Source of the DNA: Candidatus Magasanikiibacteriota bacterium
GTDB taxonomy: Bacteria; Patescibacteriota; Patescibacteriia; Magasanikbacterales; GWA2-37-8
NCBI GenBank assembly: GCA_026396515.1
Contig: JAPLWQ010000005.1
Span: 8,011 to 72,010 of the forward strand
Direction of reading: 5' to 3'
DNA length: 64,000 nt
Part shown: in pieces, positions 50,720 to 61,681 of the stretch
Layout: the number at the start of each line of letters is the position of its first letter
Position numbering within the stretch: the stretch's first letter is position 1
Translations under genes and position numbers: made by a program
Notes under the pieces: generated by a model
Databases searched by the model: none
The model's input: only the letters and a program-made list of their open reading frames with translations
Told to the model about the DNA's origin: nothing

Positions 50720-53215
50720 ATGCAGGAACGAAAATATATTCGCTGGTTCGGCGAATTAAAAATCAAGGATATTCCGCTGGTGGGCGGCAAGAACGCTTCG
50801 CTTGGCGAAATGTATTCAACTCTGACAAAAAAGGGCATTATTGTGCCAAACGGTTTTGCTATTGCAGCCGATGCGTATTGGTATTTTTTAAAGCACAACA
50901 CTCTGGATAAAAAAATAAAAGATTTGCTTAAGAATTTGGATTCAAAAAATGTCAGATTACTGCGCTTGGCCGGATTAAAAATAAGAGAATTGATTTTGGG
51001 CGGCGAAATGCCCTGGGAGATGGTGCGCGAGATTCATGGCGCATATAAGGAATTGGCAATGCGGACAGGAGAAAAAAATTTGGCGGTTGCGGTGCGTTCA
51101 AGCGCTACGGCCGAAGACCTGCCTACGGCCAGCTTTGCCGGCCAGCAGGAAACATATTTAAATGTACGCGGTGAAAAAGAGCTGGTTTTTGCCGTAAAAA
51201 AATGTCTGGCGTCGTTATTTACCGACCGGGCCATTTCTTATCGCGAGGACAAAGGTTTTGACCATTTAAGTATCGCGCTTTCTGTGGCGGTTCAGCAAAT
51301 GGTGCGTTCCGACATCGGCACGTCCGGCGTGATGTTCACTCTGGATACTGAATCCGGTTTTAAAGGGGTGGTACTTATAAACGCCACTTATGGGCTTGGT
51401 GAATATGTGGTAAAGGGCCGGGTTGTACCGGATCAATTTTATGTTTTTAAAGCCGGCGTAAAAAATGGGTATAAGGCCATTATCAGCCGACGCCTGGGAA
51501 GCAAAGAAGTGCAGCTCGTATATAATGATAAACAAGGAACAAAACAATTGCCTGTGCCGGCCGCGGAGAGGGAAAAATATTGCCTTTCTGATGAAGACGC
51601 ACTTAAATTGGCCCGTTGGGGAATAATAATTGAGGAGCACTATGGACGGCCGATGGATATTGAGTGGGCGAAAGACGGAAAAACCGGAAAAATGTATATT
51701 GTTCAAGCGCGGTCTGAAACCGTAAAATCGCAAGAGCAGGTCAACGCCATTGAAACATATCGTTTGAAAAAGAAAGGCGAAATTCTTGTCGAGGGCTTAA
51801 GTATTGGCCAAAGAATCGGCACCGGAAAAGTGCGGGTGATTGAAACGCCGAAGCAAATGCAGAGTTTTAAAAAAGGGGAAGTGCTGGTAACCAGAATTAC
51901 CGACCCGGATTGGGAACCGGTGATGCGTTTAGCCGGAGCTATTGTTACGGAGCAGGGAGGGAAAACATCGCATGCGGCGATAGTGTCTCGCGAGCTCGGC
52001 ACGCCGTGCGTAGTGGGAGCGGCCGGGGCGAGAAAAGTTCTGAAAAATCAACAGCCGGTGACGGTGTCCTGCGCCGAAGGAGAAACAGGTTTTATTTATA
52101 AGGGCATATTGCCGTTTTCAGTTGAGCGCACGGTGGTGAAGGCGCAGAAGAAAACGCGCACGAAAATCATGATGAATGTCGGCGATCCAAACGGCGCGTT
52201 TGCTTTAGCCGCTATTCCAAATGACGGGGTAGGGCTCGCGCGCGAAGAGTTTATTTTTACCGATTTCATTAAAATTCATCCTTTGGCTCTGGTTAATTTT
52301 GACAAAATAAAAGATAAAGAGGTTAAAGAAAAAATAAATAAACTAACTGTCGGGTATAAAGACAAAAAACAATATTGCGTTGATAAATTGGCTGAGGGGA
52401 TCGGCTTTATAGCCGCCGCTTTTCATCCGAATGATGTAATAGTGCGTTTATCCGATTTCAAGACCAATGAATATGCCACTTTAATAGGCGGGGCGGAATT
52501 TGAACCGCACGAAGAGAATCCGATGCTGGGCTGGCGTGGTGCGTCGCGATATTATGACCCAAAATATAAAGCCGGATTCGCTTTGGAGTGCGCGGCCATA
52601 AAAAAAGCGCGCGAGAAATGGGGGTTAAAAAATATTATTGTGATGATTCCGTTTTGCCGTACGCCAGAGGAGGGAAAACAGGTTATCGCCACGATGAAAG
52701 AATTCGGCTTGGAGCGCGGGAAAGACGGGCTTAAAATATATGTGATGTGCGAGATTCCCTCAAACGTCATTCTGGCAAAAGAATTTGCCAAGATCTTCGA
52801 CGGTTTTAGCATTGGCTCCAACGACCTAACACAGTTGACCCTTGGCGTTGACCGTGACTCATCGCTGGTGGCGCATATTTATGATGAGAATAATCCGGCG
52901 GTAAAAAAATTAATAAGCGAAGTGATTAAAGTCGCCCATAAAAATAAATGCAAGGTGGGTATCTGCGGGCAGGCGCCGAGCGATTATCCTAAGTTTGCCG
53001 AGTTTTTAGTGGGGGAGAGGGTTGATAGTATTTCGCTAAATCCTGATACGGTTTTAAAAACACGCCAGAATATTCTTGCCATGGAAAAGAGAATGTTTAA
53101 AAGAACTTCCGGCGCCGTGGTAATGTCTAAGGCGTTTGCCTTCATCGCATTCGGTCTTTTGGTTGTCGCTTCTGCGGGATACGCGTTTGAAGCGGCAAAA
53201 TCGTTTTTACCGTAA
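50720..53215 (+). CDS. ppsA: Phosphoenolpyruvate synthase (pyruvate, water dikinase) with a C-terminal hydrophobic tail
   Basis: The N-terminus reads IRWFGELKIKDIPLVGGKNASLGEMY. The phospho-His region reads GGKTSHAAIVSRELGTPCVVG. Confidence 0.9.
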   Translation: MQERKYIRWFGELKIKDIPLVGGKNASLGEMYSTLTKKGIIVPNGFAIAADAYWYFLKHNTLDKKIKDLLKNLDSKNVRLLRLAGLKIRELILGGEMPWEMVREIHGAYKELAMRTGEKNLAVAVRSSATAEDLPTASFAGQQETYLNVRGEKELVFAVKKCLASLFTDRAISYREDKGFDHLSIALSVAVQQMVRSDIGTSGVMFTLDTESGFKGVVLINATYGLGEYVVKGRVVPDQFYVFKAGVKNGYKAIISRRLGSKEVQLVYNDKQGTKQLPVPAAEREKYCLSDEDALKLARWGIIIEEHYGRPMDIEWAKDGKTGKMYIVQARSETVKSQEQVNAIETYRLKKKGEILVEGLSIGQRIGTGKVRVIETPKQMQSFKKGEVLVTRITDPDWEPVMRLAGAIVTEQGGKTSHAAIVSRELGTPCVVGAAGARKVLKNQQPVTVSCAEGETGFIYKGILPFSVERTVVKAQKKTRTKIMMNVGDPNGAFALAAIPNDGVGLAREEFIFTDFIKIHPLALVNFDKIKDKEVKEKINKLTVGYKDKKQYCVDKLAEGIGFIAAAFHPNDVIVRLSDFKTNEYATLIGGAEFEPHEENPMLGWRGASRYYDPKYKAGFALECAAIKKAREKWGLKNIIVMIPFCRTPEEGKQVIATMKEFGLERGKDGLKIYVMCEIPSNVILAKEFAKIFDGFSIGSNDLTQLTLGVDRDSSLVAHIYDENNPAVKKLISEVIKVAHKNKCKVGICGQAPSDYPKFAEFLVGERVDSISLNPDTVLKTRQNILAMEKRMFKRTSGAVVMSKAFAFIAFGLLVVASAGYAFEAAKSFLP

Positions 53216-53231
53216 AAATATTTAAATTAAA

Positions 53232-53265
53232 ACACCCCGGCGAAATGCCGGGGTGTTTTTTTTAT
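53232..53265 (+). terminator. Rho-independent terminator after ppsA
   Basis: caccccggcgaaatgccggggtg plus an 8-T run. Confidence 0.7.
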
Positions 53266-53341
53266 TCTCTGCTTCTAATCGCGAATAATTCGCGGTTAAA
53301 AGTGGGGACCGGAACAAGGTGTTCCGGATTTTCCCCGCCCA

Positions 53342-53803
53342 TTACATAAGGATGATGGTTGCCGTCTTGAAGCGGTCGATCTGCGCGATGTTCTCCGCCA
53401 CGACGTTGATATTCGGTTTGCGCCTGCTCAGGATTACGCCGATTTTTTCTTCGGGCGGGATGCCGAGCATTTCACAAGCAGTAACGAGCGCTTTCGGTAT
53501 ATCCTCGGTCTCTGCGCACATCACCAGGTGCAAGGTGTGTTTTTTGGGACCTGTCTTGTTGCAACCGAGAGTGAGCTGTTCGGACAAGATGACCCGGCCG
53601 AGCTGTACTTGCTTTTGGGTCAGGTTCAGACGAAACCGCCGGATCATGGCGTAGACGATTCCTCCTGCAATGTCGTATTCGCCTATGACCGGGATGATGG
53701 TATGGGTGTGTCTGAACATTTTGTACTCGGCCTTTTGTTCTACAGGCATGTCGGCACTTCTCCTCGTTTTCCCTATGTTAGGGTGGGTTGATTTGTTTGC
53801 CAA
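53342..53803 (-). CDS. Hypothetical protein in a locally GC-rich segment (start uncertain)
   Basis: 153-aa ORF co-directional with typA. Overlapping plus-strand ORFs are judged spurious. No motif was recognised. Confidence 0.35.
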   Translation of the reverse strand: MANKSTHPNIGKTRRSADMPVEQKAEYKMFRHTHTIIPVIGEYDIAGGIVYAMIRRFRLNLTQKQVQLGRVILSEQLTLGCNKTGPKKHTLHLVMCAETEDIPKALVTACEMLGIPPEEKIGVILSRRKPNINVVAENIAQIDRFKTATIILM

Positions 53804-53870
53804 AATGGCGAAACTAAAAAGAACTTGTGCTATATGATAGCAGATAAAAAAATTGCTGTCAACCCGGTTC

Positions 53871-55664
53871 TTATGAATTTTCCCGCCGGGTGGCGCGGAT
53901 GCGGTCGTTTTCCGTTAAATTTTGCTTTCGCAAACGGATACTCTGAGGAGTAATTTCCAGATATTCGTCCTCGGCTATAACTTCCAGCCCGCGCTCCAAG
54001 GACATTTCCTGCACAGAAGTGAGTTGTATCGCGATGTCAGCGTTGGATGAACGCATGTTTGTCAGTTTTTTCCCTTTGATCGGATTCACCGTCATATCGA
54101 TACCCTTCGATGTGTTGCCAATTACTTGTCCTTCATAAATGTCGGTATTTGCCGGGACATAAAGGGAGCCACGGTCCTGCAAATTAGCGAGCGAATAGGC
54201 GAGTGCTCTTCCGGTTTCACCGGAAATCATTGATCCGGTTGAGCGTTTTTCGATATCGCCGGCGTATGGGCGATAACCGATTACTTCGGAGCATAAAATG
54301 CCTTCACCGCGAGTGTCCACGATAAACTCATTACGGTAGCCGAGAAGACCCCGTGTGGGAATTTCATAAATTAGGCGGGTATGATTTTGTTCGGGATGCA
54401 TGGCCGCCATCCGTCCTTTGCGCTTTGACATTTTTTCTATCACTATACTTACATATTCAGCCGGCACGTCAACAGTGGCTTCTTCAAACGGTTCGTTTTT
54501 TATTCCGTCTATATCTTTTATGATTACTTGCGGTTGGGAAACCTGCAGTTCAAAACCTTCGCGGCGCATATTTTCAAGAAGAATTGCGATGTGCAGTTCG
54601 CCGCGTCCAAAAACTTTATAGTGGTCAACCGGCGAAAAATCAATTTTTAAACCGACGTTTACTTCCAGTTCTTTTTCCAGCCGCTCTCTGATTTGCCGAC
54701 TGGTGACGTATTTACCAACCTGGCCGGCAAAAGGGGAGTTATTAACTAAAAAATTCAGAGAAATAGTCGGTTCGTCTATTTTAATGGCTGGTAATGGTTC
54801 CTGGTTTTGGTCAACGCAAACAGTGTCGCCAATGTAGATGTCGGGCAAACCGGCGAGCATAACAATATCGCCGGCCACGGCCGCAGGCGCCTCCTTTTTC
54901 CCTACGCCTTCAAAAGTATAAATTTTCGTGATTTGTCCGGGAATAATTACTCCTTCCGGTTTTTTTATGAAAACGCGGGCGTTCAATTCGATTGTTCCCT
55001 GCACGACTCGTCCAATACCCATGCGGCCTAAGTAATTGTCGTAGGCCAGATTAAACGGCTGAAACGCAAATGGTTTTGAAGCGTCGGCTTCAGCCGGAGA
55101 TACTTTTTTTAAAATCGTGTCCAAAAGGGGAGTGAGATCAGTTGATTCATCAGACAGATTTATCTTGGCGATGCCTTGTTTGGCGATGGCGTAGACAGTA
55201 GCGAAATTGAGTTGTTCTTCGTTCGCGCCAAGGTCCATAAATAATTCCAGAACTTTTTCATGCGTCCACTCCGGGCGGGCGGCCGGCTTATCAATCTTAT
55301 TTATTACCACGATCGGCTTGATGCCGAGCTCCAATGATTTTTTTAAAACAAATTTTGTTTGTGGCATAGGTCCTTCCTGGGCGTCAACCACCAAAAGTAC
55401 TGAATCAATTGAGCGTAAAATGCGCTCCACCTCAGAGCCAAAATCGGCGTGGCCGGGTGTGTCCACAATATTTATCTTCGTATCCTTATAGAAAAGCGAA
55501 GCGTTTTTTGAATAGATGGTAATACCGCGCTCCAGTTCCAGGGCGTTGGAATCCATGCTGATTGAGTCATCGGTCACCATTCCGGTTTGGCGCATCAAAG
55601 CATCGGTCAGCTTTGTCTTCCCGTGGTCTACATGAGCTATAATAGCAATATTTCTAATCTCCAT
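53871..55664 (-). CDS. typA: Translational GTPase TypA/BipA
   Basis: The G1 motif [17 protein letters not shown] is present. The protein is 597 aa with an EF-G-like domain order. Confidence 0.9.
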   Translation of the reverse strand: MEIRNIAIIAHVDHGKTKLTDALMRQTGMVTDDSISMDSNALELERGITIYSKNASLFYKDTKINIVDTPGHADFGSEVERILRSIDSVLLVVDAQEGPMPQTKFVLKKSLELGIKPIVVINKIDKPAARPEWTHEKVLELFMDLGANEEQLNFATVYAIAKQGIAKINLSDESTDLTPLLDTILKKVSPAEADASKPFAFQPFNLAYDNYLGRMGIGRVVQGTIELNARVFIKKPEGVIIPGQITKIYTFEGVGKKEAPAAVAGDIVMLAGLPDIYIGDTVCVDQNQEPLPAIKIDEPTISLNFLVNNSPFAGQVGKYVTSRQIRERLEKELEVNVGLKIDFSPVDHYKVFGRGELHIAILLENMRREGFELQVSQPQVIIKDIDGIKNEPFEEATVDVPAEYVSIVIEKMSKRKGRMAAMHPEQNHTRLIYEIPTRGLLGYRNEFIVDTRGEGILCSEVIGYRPYAGDIEKRSTGSMISGETGRALAYSLANLQDRGSLYVPANTDIYEGQVIGNTSKGIDMTVNPIKGKKLTNMRSSNADIAIQLTSVQEMSLERGLEVIAEDEYLEITPQSIRLRKQNLTENDRIRATRRENS

Positions 55665-55862
55665 ATTATTATATTTCGAACCTGCCCCGTAGTGAGCGCG
55701 GAGCGCTCTACTTCGGGGTTTCCATAGTTATGGGTGGAACTGGGCGAGTATATATGAAAAATGGGGTTTTGTCAATGAATTAAATAATATTCTATTAAAT
55801 AATGACAAAATAGTTTGACAAATCCGCGCAAATTGGATATAATCCTGGTCGAATTGCCAAAT

Positions 55863-55936
55863 GGGTCGGTAGTTCAACTGGTTAGAGCACCTCCCTGTCA
55901 CGGAGGAAGTTGCGGGTTCGAGTCCCGTCCGACCCG
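55863..55936 (+). tRNA. tRNA-Asp (anticodon GTC)
   Basis: A manual cloverleaf fits: acceptor GGGTCGG/CCGACCC, anticodon stem CCTCC/GGAGG with loop CTGTCAC, and a T-loop TTCGAGT. Confidence 0.85.
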
Positions 55937-57391
55937 CAAAGTCGCAAAATCTTTATAAATGGGAGCCCTGTCCATAAAGTGATAGGGCTCTTTTAGTTTA
56001 TATGTAGCCAAATTTTGGTTTTCAATTGTCAGGTTCCAAAGTAGGTTTTCTACGACTTGGCGCTTTCCGTATTTGTCCTTATCTAAAAACGTCTTCTTAG
56101 CTTTACTGGCCGTTAAAAAGCATTCTTTGGTAAGTTCCAAAGTGGAATACTCCTCTTTCTTTTTTGATTCCATTATTTTAATTTGCTCCTCGGTAGTAAC
56201 TATCTCATTGCTTATAGCTTGTATTTTTGACTTGTAAACATCTTCCGGCGTCAATCCGTCTAAATAACTGTTTAGGAGGCGCTCCTGCTTGCCAAGCGCA
56301 ATTTTGAGCTGTTCCGAAAGATTTTTAATAGCCACCGAGGCGTATTCTTCATTTATACCAATTTTTTCTTTTGCGGCCTGATACATAATTTCGACGAGCT
56401 CCTCGTCAAATTCGATATGGCCCAAGATATCGGCCACCATATTGTCTATGACCTCCGAACGTAAATATTTCTTGTGTTGTGCACAATCGCCCTTGCCGTT
56501 CGTGCAATAATAATAGTCATGCCCCTTTTTTCTGGTGGCCGTCAAAGTACAACCGCAGACATTACAACGCATGAAACCGCGATGAGTAAAGAATTGTTTT
56601 TTTGGTCGGCTTTTGTAACGACCGGAAATAATATCTTGCACTCTATCAAAAACTTCCTTTGTGATAAGTGGCTCATGTTTGCCGGGATAATAGACACCTT
56701 TTTTCACCATCATGCCATAATAAAAAGGGCTGCTAAGAATAATGTGAATCTTTGTTTTGCCAACCTTATCGCCGCCCTTTGTACGCATACCTTTTTCGTA
56801 CATCATTTTTGAAATTTCTCGAATACCATAACCACCGGTAGCATAAAGACGAAACATCTCGACTACATGAGGAGCGAGTTCTGGATTTACTTCAACTAAA
56901 TGATTGGTTATATTATTACGATAACCAAAAGGCGCGCAATTGGGCCACTCTCCTTTTTCAAGTTTTGCTCGTATTCCACGCTTTACATTTACACTCAATT
57001 CATCGATATATTTTTTGGCTATACCAAAACCCAAATTCATCATGAAGATGTCATCTGAAGTATTGTAAAACGTTTTTTCGTGGGTGCGTATCTCGCTTAT
57101 CTTGCCCTGATCCATCTTCCATTGAATCTCTCCGCCGTCTTTCGGATTTCTGGCTATGCGGTCCAATTTCCAGGCATAAATAACACAAGGATATTTTTCG
57201 ACATAACTTAACACTTCCTTGAAAACAGGACGCCCGGGGGCTTTGGCCGACATGCTTTCAGTAAAAATCTTTTCTAACGCTACCCCGTCTCTCTCAGCAA
57301 GTCGCCTCATTTCGTTAATTTGAGAATCAATAGAAAGAACCTGTCTATCTTCGGATTCTGTGGATTTGCGACAATAGGCAATATATTTCAT
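55898..57391 (-). CDS. Large serine recombinase (resolvase/invertase catalytic domain, recombinase domain and Zn-ribbon)
   Basis: The N-terminus reads [19 protein letters not shown]...DRIARN. A Zn ribbon ([28 protein letters not shown]) is present. The C-terminal 13 codons overlap tRNA-Asp in antisense. Confidence 0.8.
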   Translation of the reverse strand: MKYIAYCRKSTESEDRQVLSIDSQINEMRRLAERDGVALEKIFTESMSAKAPGRPVFKEVLSYVEKYPCVIYAWKLDRIARNPKDGGEIQWKMDQGKISEIRTHEKTFYNTSDDIFMMNLGFGIAKKYIDELSVNVKRGIRAKLEKGEWPNCAPFGYRNNITNHLVEVNPELAPHVVEMFRLYATGGYGIREISKMMYEKGMRTKGGDKVGKTKIHIILSSPFYYGMMVKKGVYYPGKHEPLITKEVFDRVQDIISGRYKSRPKKQFFTHRGFMRCNVCGCTLTATRKKGHDYYYCTNGKGDCAQHKKYLRSEVIDNMVADILGHIEFDEELVEIMYQAAKEKIGINEEYASVAIKNLSEQLKIALGKQERLLNSYLDGLTPEDVYKSKIQAISNEIVTTEEQIKIMESKKKEEYSTLELTKECFLTASKAKKTFLDKDKYGKRQVVENLLWNLTIENQNLATYKLKEPYHFMDRAPIYKDFATLRVGRDSNPQLPP

Positions 57392-57419
57392 AAATTTACG
57401 TTAATACGATTTCCCCATT

Positions 57420-58400
57420 TTAAACATTACCAGCAAGAAAAGCAAGAACATTTTTTCGTATCAACGGGTACTCCTTGAGATTATAACGAGTGTAATCCAT
57501 TGAACCGAGATAATGAATTGGGATATTCTGCCCTTGCTTTTCAATAGCGAAAACTGGTAGCTGCTTAACTACCGGCAAAATTAATTCGTCATAATAAGTA
57601 ATAATCGGTTTTAGCAAATCTCTCGAAGCAAAATATAACTTTTGACCTTTTTCAAGCTTTGAGCACCCAAATCCTTTATAGATATATTTGCTAATATAGC
57701 GACCAGTATTCTGAGCACTAGCAACGGCCTCGACGTGGAATATATGGGGCCAGATTTTTTTAATCTCATCGATTATACGATCGATGTAGGGCAGGTTAAA
57801 TATAATAATATGAAAATGTACGGCTCCGCGTTTCTGAAATTCAATAACCGCGACATATTTGAGTTCACTACTTTTTTTGCCCCACGCAAGATAATTCAAG
57901 CGGCGAACAAATTTTGTAAATTCGTAATTAGCGGCAGTAACATCAATTAAATTATGAGCAAAAGTCAGGGTTAAAAATACTGGACGGTACAGCCGACCGC
58001 TCTCGTCTTTCCACGCAAAAGCATTGCAATTGATATGATCAATTAGCTTATTACGAGCGCGACGAGACGAAGCTTCCTTAATTTCTTCTTCTGTTAGCCT
58101 TGGCTTTTCATTTAAGTAATCACTCTTAACAAAATTAGTTTTAATCCTCGAACCAACACCGAAATTTTTTTCATACTCACGATACTCTATGATGTTTCCG
58201 CAAATTTTTAATTTTTTGTTAGCATAATAACGATAATCGACCTCTTTCTTATCGACAAACTCCTGCTTCTCCAAAAGCTTAGATACTTCAGGGTCAGATT
58301 CTCCAGAATTATCGGGAATCAAAGGATCGCGATAATGCCGAATTGTTTTAGATATTTTCTTTATGTATGCTGGCTTGGTTTTCATATCATTTCTAATCAA
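57420..58400 (-). CDS. Rolling-circle replication initiator (HUH endonuclease, two-tyrosine superfamily I; phiX gpA/IS91-like motifs)
   Basis: Motif I is VFLTLTF, motif II is HFHIIIF and motif III is YISKYIYK. Confidence 0.7.
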   Translation of the reverse strand: MIRNDMKTKPAYIKKISKTIRHYRDPLIPDNSGESDPEVSKLLEKQEFVDKKEVDYRYYANKKLKICGNIIEYREYEKNFGVGSRIKTNFVKSDYLNEKPRLTEEEIKEASSRRARNKLIDHINCNAFAWKDESGRLYRPVFLTLTFAHNLIDVTAANYEFTKFVRRLNYLAWGKKSSELKYVAVIEFQKRGAVHFHIIIFNLPYIDRIIDEIKKIWPHIFHVEAVASAQNTGRYISKYIYKGFGCSKLEKGQKLYFASRDLLKPIITYYDELILPVVKQLPVFAIEKQGQNIPIHYLGSMDYTRYNLKEYPLIRKNVLAFLAGNV

Positions 58401-58675
58401 GTGTTAGGTAAGTCAAGAGTAACTACCGCCGACCCCTCCCCAAACGCTCGTTCCGGCCCCTGCGGGGCACGGAACGCACCGTTTGGGGTACGGCCGAGGT
58501 GCTCCGCTAATGACGCGGGACATTCAAATTCCGCGCCATTGACGCCGAAAGTCCTGTAGAGGGAGGCCAACTCAAGCAAGTACACTTCGGCCTGCTCAGC
58601 AGTAAGACAAACGCCGTGCCTATTACCCCAATAGCTTATTAGTCGTTCCGTAAGTTGTTGACTGAAATTAAACAT
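58397..58675 (-). CDS. Hypothetical small protein (island cargo)
   Basis: 92-aa ORF overlapping the Rep start by 4 nt. Confidence 0.4.
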   Translation of the reverse strand: MFNFSQQLTERLISYWGNRHGVCLTAEQAEVYLLELASLYRTFGVNGAEFECPASLAEHLGRTPNGAFRAPQGPERAFGEGSAVVTLDLPNT

Positions 58676-58748
58676 AAAAAAAGCCCTACATTATTTTGTA
58701 GAACTATTTTATATTTTTGCCCTTGAGAAACCTTTACCTAAAATTTAC

Positions 58749-59603
58749 CTAATAAGCGGATATGTATTTTGAATTTACCTTAACCCAGCCATTCTTGCCT
58801 GTTGAAAAATCAAGAAAATCATCAATTTTAAGCGCGGTATTCTTGCGAATCTTATCGTTAATTGATCTGCAGGCAGTTAAACAACTGGTACATTTATAAT
58901 CGTTTTCATCGACCTTAAACGCACTTACCGATATATCATAATAATTGGTTTGTTGGTAAGGACCATTAGAAATCAAATACTCGAATAGCATGGCCTGTTT
59001 GGTCGCGCTTCTCAATTTAGAAATCTTTACTCTTTCATTGCCTATAGATAATATTTTTGTCTCTTCGTTGTAGCTCCATTGGTTACTGGGAATTCCCTCG
59101 CTTTCTTTTTGTCCAACATCATCGTTGGCGCCATCTACTTGACTAAACTCCAACTTGTTCAAAAAGGACATAATTTTATTATGAACCACCATGAAATCGT
59201 CTATGTGCAATTGTTTGCGGTATGGGGCTAAAGGAATTTCTAAATCGATAGGACGTATGGGCAGCTGCATTACGATGTCATTTTTGGGGTCGTCCATTAT
59301 TCTTTTCAGGGCCTCAAAGTATCCGTAATTAAACCAAATATTAGTCATCAGATTACGCTGATGCAAAATATGCATTTGTTCTTTAGAAATCTTTTTAGTA
59401 TTGTAATCCTCAAGCATCTTCGAATGAAGTTTATCATATTTGCTGCCCTCATTTTTTAGCATTTCTTTAATCTCCGGCTGCTTTTCGATAATACTCACAT
59501 AATCGTAAAAGACATGGAACATGTCGAAAATATTGTCATTTATAGAATGCAACTGTTTTACGAGTCGCTCAAGCTCAATTTTGAACAAAATGATATTTGA
59601 CAT
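58749..59603 (-). CDS. Hypothetical protein (island cargo)
   Basis: 284-aa ORF, AT-rich, with no recognised motif. Confidence 0.45.
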   Translation of the reverse strand: MSNIILFKIELERLVKQLHSINDNIFDMFHVFYDYVSIIEKQPEIKEMLKNEGSKYDKLHSKMLEDYNTKKISKEQMHILHQRNLMTNIWFNYGYFEALKRIMDDPKNDIVMQLPIRPIDLEIPLAPYRKQLHIDDFMVVHNKIMSFLNKLEFSQVDGANDDVGQKESEGIPSNQWSYNEETKILSIGNERVKISKLRSATKQAMLFEYLISNGPYQQTNYYDISVSAFKVDENDYKCTSCLTACRSINDKIRKNTALKIDDFLDFSTGKNGWVKVNSKYISAY

Positions 59604-59686
59604 ATTGGCTTAATCTAAACAAAATAACTGAAATATGTCAACATTGCGAAATAAAGCGAAAAAGGCTATAATTTATATAATTTAAT

Positions 59687-60907
59687 ATGTACAAAAGAAC
59701 GCGAAAGCCCGAACTTTCATACCCGGGCGAAAAACTTATCAGGGGTCGACACAAAATTCACCCTTATCCGGCCATGCTCCACCCCCTTCTTGTTGATTAC
59801 CTTCTTCATAAATACGGAAAGAAGGGAAATGTTGTATTTGACCCATTTTGTGGAAGCGGTGTTACTTTGTTTGAGTCGGCAGTCCATGGGCACGCGTCAG
59901 TCGGCTTCGAAATTAACCCCCTAGCCTTATTAATAGCAAAAACAAAAGTAGAACATTACGATATAGCTCGATTGAAATCCGAATATGCTGACTTTAAAAA
60001 AACGATCTTAAACGGAAAAAAAATCGATGTCCCCCAAATTAATAATATCGATTATTGGTACACAAGAGATATTATCAAAGATTTAGGGAAAATTAGAGAA
60101 GTATTAAAACGAAAGAAGTACAAATATAAAGATTTTTTTATTACAAATTTTGCCTATATTTGCAGAAAACAATCGTTAACGCGCGCTGGAGAATTCAAAA
60201 GATATAGAATTAAAAAGGAAAAAATCGACTCATTTCAAAACAAGGTATTTGAAATGTTATTTAGTCGTATTGAAGAAATGATTGAAATTTATTCAAAAAC
60301 TGACAAACCGCTAAAGCGGTCGAAACTAGTACTGGCAAATTCGGAAAACCCCATTGCCAAGAACATCAAATACGATTTAGTAATCACCTCGCCACCATAC
60401 GGCGATAGCCGGACCACCGTTGCTTACGGCGAATTCTCAAGCTTTGGGGCCGATTGGGTTAGCGACTTAAATCCATACGGAATCAATAAATACAGAGTCG
60501 ACAAAGAAAGCCTTGGAAAAATTAGTGTCGTAAATGGTGAGCTTTCTAAAAATTCAATCTTAAACAACGTGCTAAATAAAATTGCCGCTCAAGACAAGAA
60601 GCGAGCCGACGACGTATTGTATTTCTATAACGGCTACTACAACGCTGTTAAAAATGTTGTGAAAAATCTCAATAAAGATGGAACCGCTTGCTTTATCGTT
60701 GGTAATCGTACCGTAAAAGGTATCAATATACCCATGGACCAAATAACAGCATCATTTCTAGAGGACATGAAGCTAAAATTTGATGGCATTTATGTTAGAG
60801 ACATATTAAACAAAATCATGCCGTCAAAGAACTCGCCTTCAAATATAACCGGGATAAAGTCGCAGACTATGCTTCATGAATATATAGTAATTTTTCATAA
60901 AAATTAA
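59687..60907 (+). CDS. Type II DNA methyltransferase (amino-MTase with SPPY catalytic motif; possibly N4-cytosine)
   Basis: Motif I is VVFDPFCGSGVT and motif IV is VITSPPYGDSRT. The FxGxG...TRD...SPPY order matches the alpha class. Confidence 0.75.
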   Translation: MYKRTRKPELSYPGEKLIRGRHKIHPYPAMLHPLLVDYLLHKYGKKGNVVFDPFCGSGVTLFESAVHGHASVGFEINPLALLIAKTKVEHYDIARLKSEYADFKKTILNGKKIDVPQINNIDYWYTRDIIKDLGKIREVLKRKKYKYKDFFITNFAYICRKQSLTRAGEFKRYRIKKEKIDSFQNKVFEMLFSRIEEMIEIYSKTDKPLKRSKLVLANSENPIAKNIKYDLVITSPPYGDSRTTVAYGEFSSFGADWVSDLNPYGINKYRVDKESLGKISVVNGELSKNSILNNVLNKIAAQDKKRADDVLYFYNGYYNAVKNVVKNLNKDGTACFIVGNRTVKGINIPMDQITASFLEDMKLKFDGIYVRDILNKIMPSKNSPSNITGIKSQTMLHEYIVIFHKN

Positions 60908-60909
60908 AT

Positions 60910-61608
60910 ATGCCAGTACCAGAACTACGAGATATTATTAGAAAACTGTCAATAATTAAACACAGGGGATATATACAGAGTTTAAGAAGGGGCCCGACAG
61001 GTATCGGATTTACTCTAGAAACACTATTAGATATCGAGGAAAATAACATAAGTGCTCCAGATTTAGGAACCATCGAACTAAAAGCCCAACGAGAGAACCA
61101 CGCAGGCATGACAACACTATTTACATTTAATAATAAAGCGTGGCAAATTAATCCGTTAGAGGCAATTAGAAGATATGGTAGCCCCGATAAAGACGGTAGA
61201 ATGGGTATGTACTATACAATGAGTGCGGTACCCAATAGCGCGGGTTTGTTATTAGTGATTGATGACGAACTTGTGTCGATCAGACATATAGACGGCACTA
61301 TTATTGCGACATGGAAACTAGCCGACATTGAAAAGCGCTTCGATGCCAAAGTTAAAAACGTTTTATTAGTTAAAGCAAAAACGGAGGAAAGGGACGGGGT
61401 CGAATATTTTCTTTATGACCGCGCTCGTCTTTTATCCGGCGGAACAACAAAAAATATTCTAAAAAGTCAATTTGAAAATGGCCAATTGCTTATTGACCTT
61501 AGGCTACACGACAAAGGGACCACGGCCAGAAATCACGGAACAGGCTTCCGTGTATATGAAAGCAACTTAGAAAACCTTTACGAACGTATAGAAGAAATTG
61601 ATTTTTAA
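60910..61608 (+). CDS. Putative cognate Type II restriction endonuclease (possibly MvaI/BcnI-like)
   Basis: 232-aa ORF starting 3 nt after the MTase stop. It contains APDLGTIELK, a PD-ExK-like segment. Confidence 0.45.
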   Translation: MPVPELRDIIRKLSIIKHRGYIQSLRRGPTGIGFTLETLLDIEENNISAPDLGTIELKAQRENHAGMTTLFTFNNKAWQINPLEAIRRYGSPDKDGRMGMYYTMSAVPNSAGLLLVIDDELVSIRHIDGTIIATWKLADIEKRFDAKVKNVLLVKAKTEERDGVEYFLYDRARLLSGGTTKNILKSQFENGQLLIDLRLHDKGTTARNHGTGFRVYESNLENLYERIEEIDF

Positions 61609-61630
61609 TATCCGGATGCATCAAAATAAA

Positions 61631-61661
61631 TTAAGACACCTCAAAATATGAGGTGTCTTAA
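61631..61661. terminator. Bidirectional terminator hairpin between the REase (+) and the HEPN module (-)
   Basis: ttaagacacctcaaaatatgaggtgtcttaa, with A/T runs on both sides. Confidence 0.55.
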
Positions 61662-61681
61662 TCGTTCAAAAAAAACTGCGC

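Noticed and set aside
53319-53791. Plus-strand ORFs 53319-53654 and 53528-53791 in the GC-rich patch
   Set aside because: Both have a low-complexity Arg/Cys/Ser-rich composition and overlap each other and the more plausible minus-strand ORF. They are treated as artefacts of local high GC.
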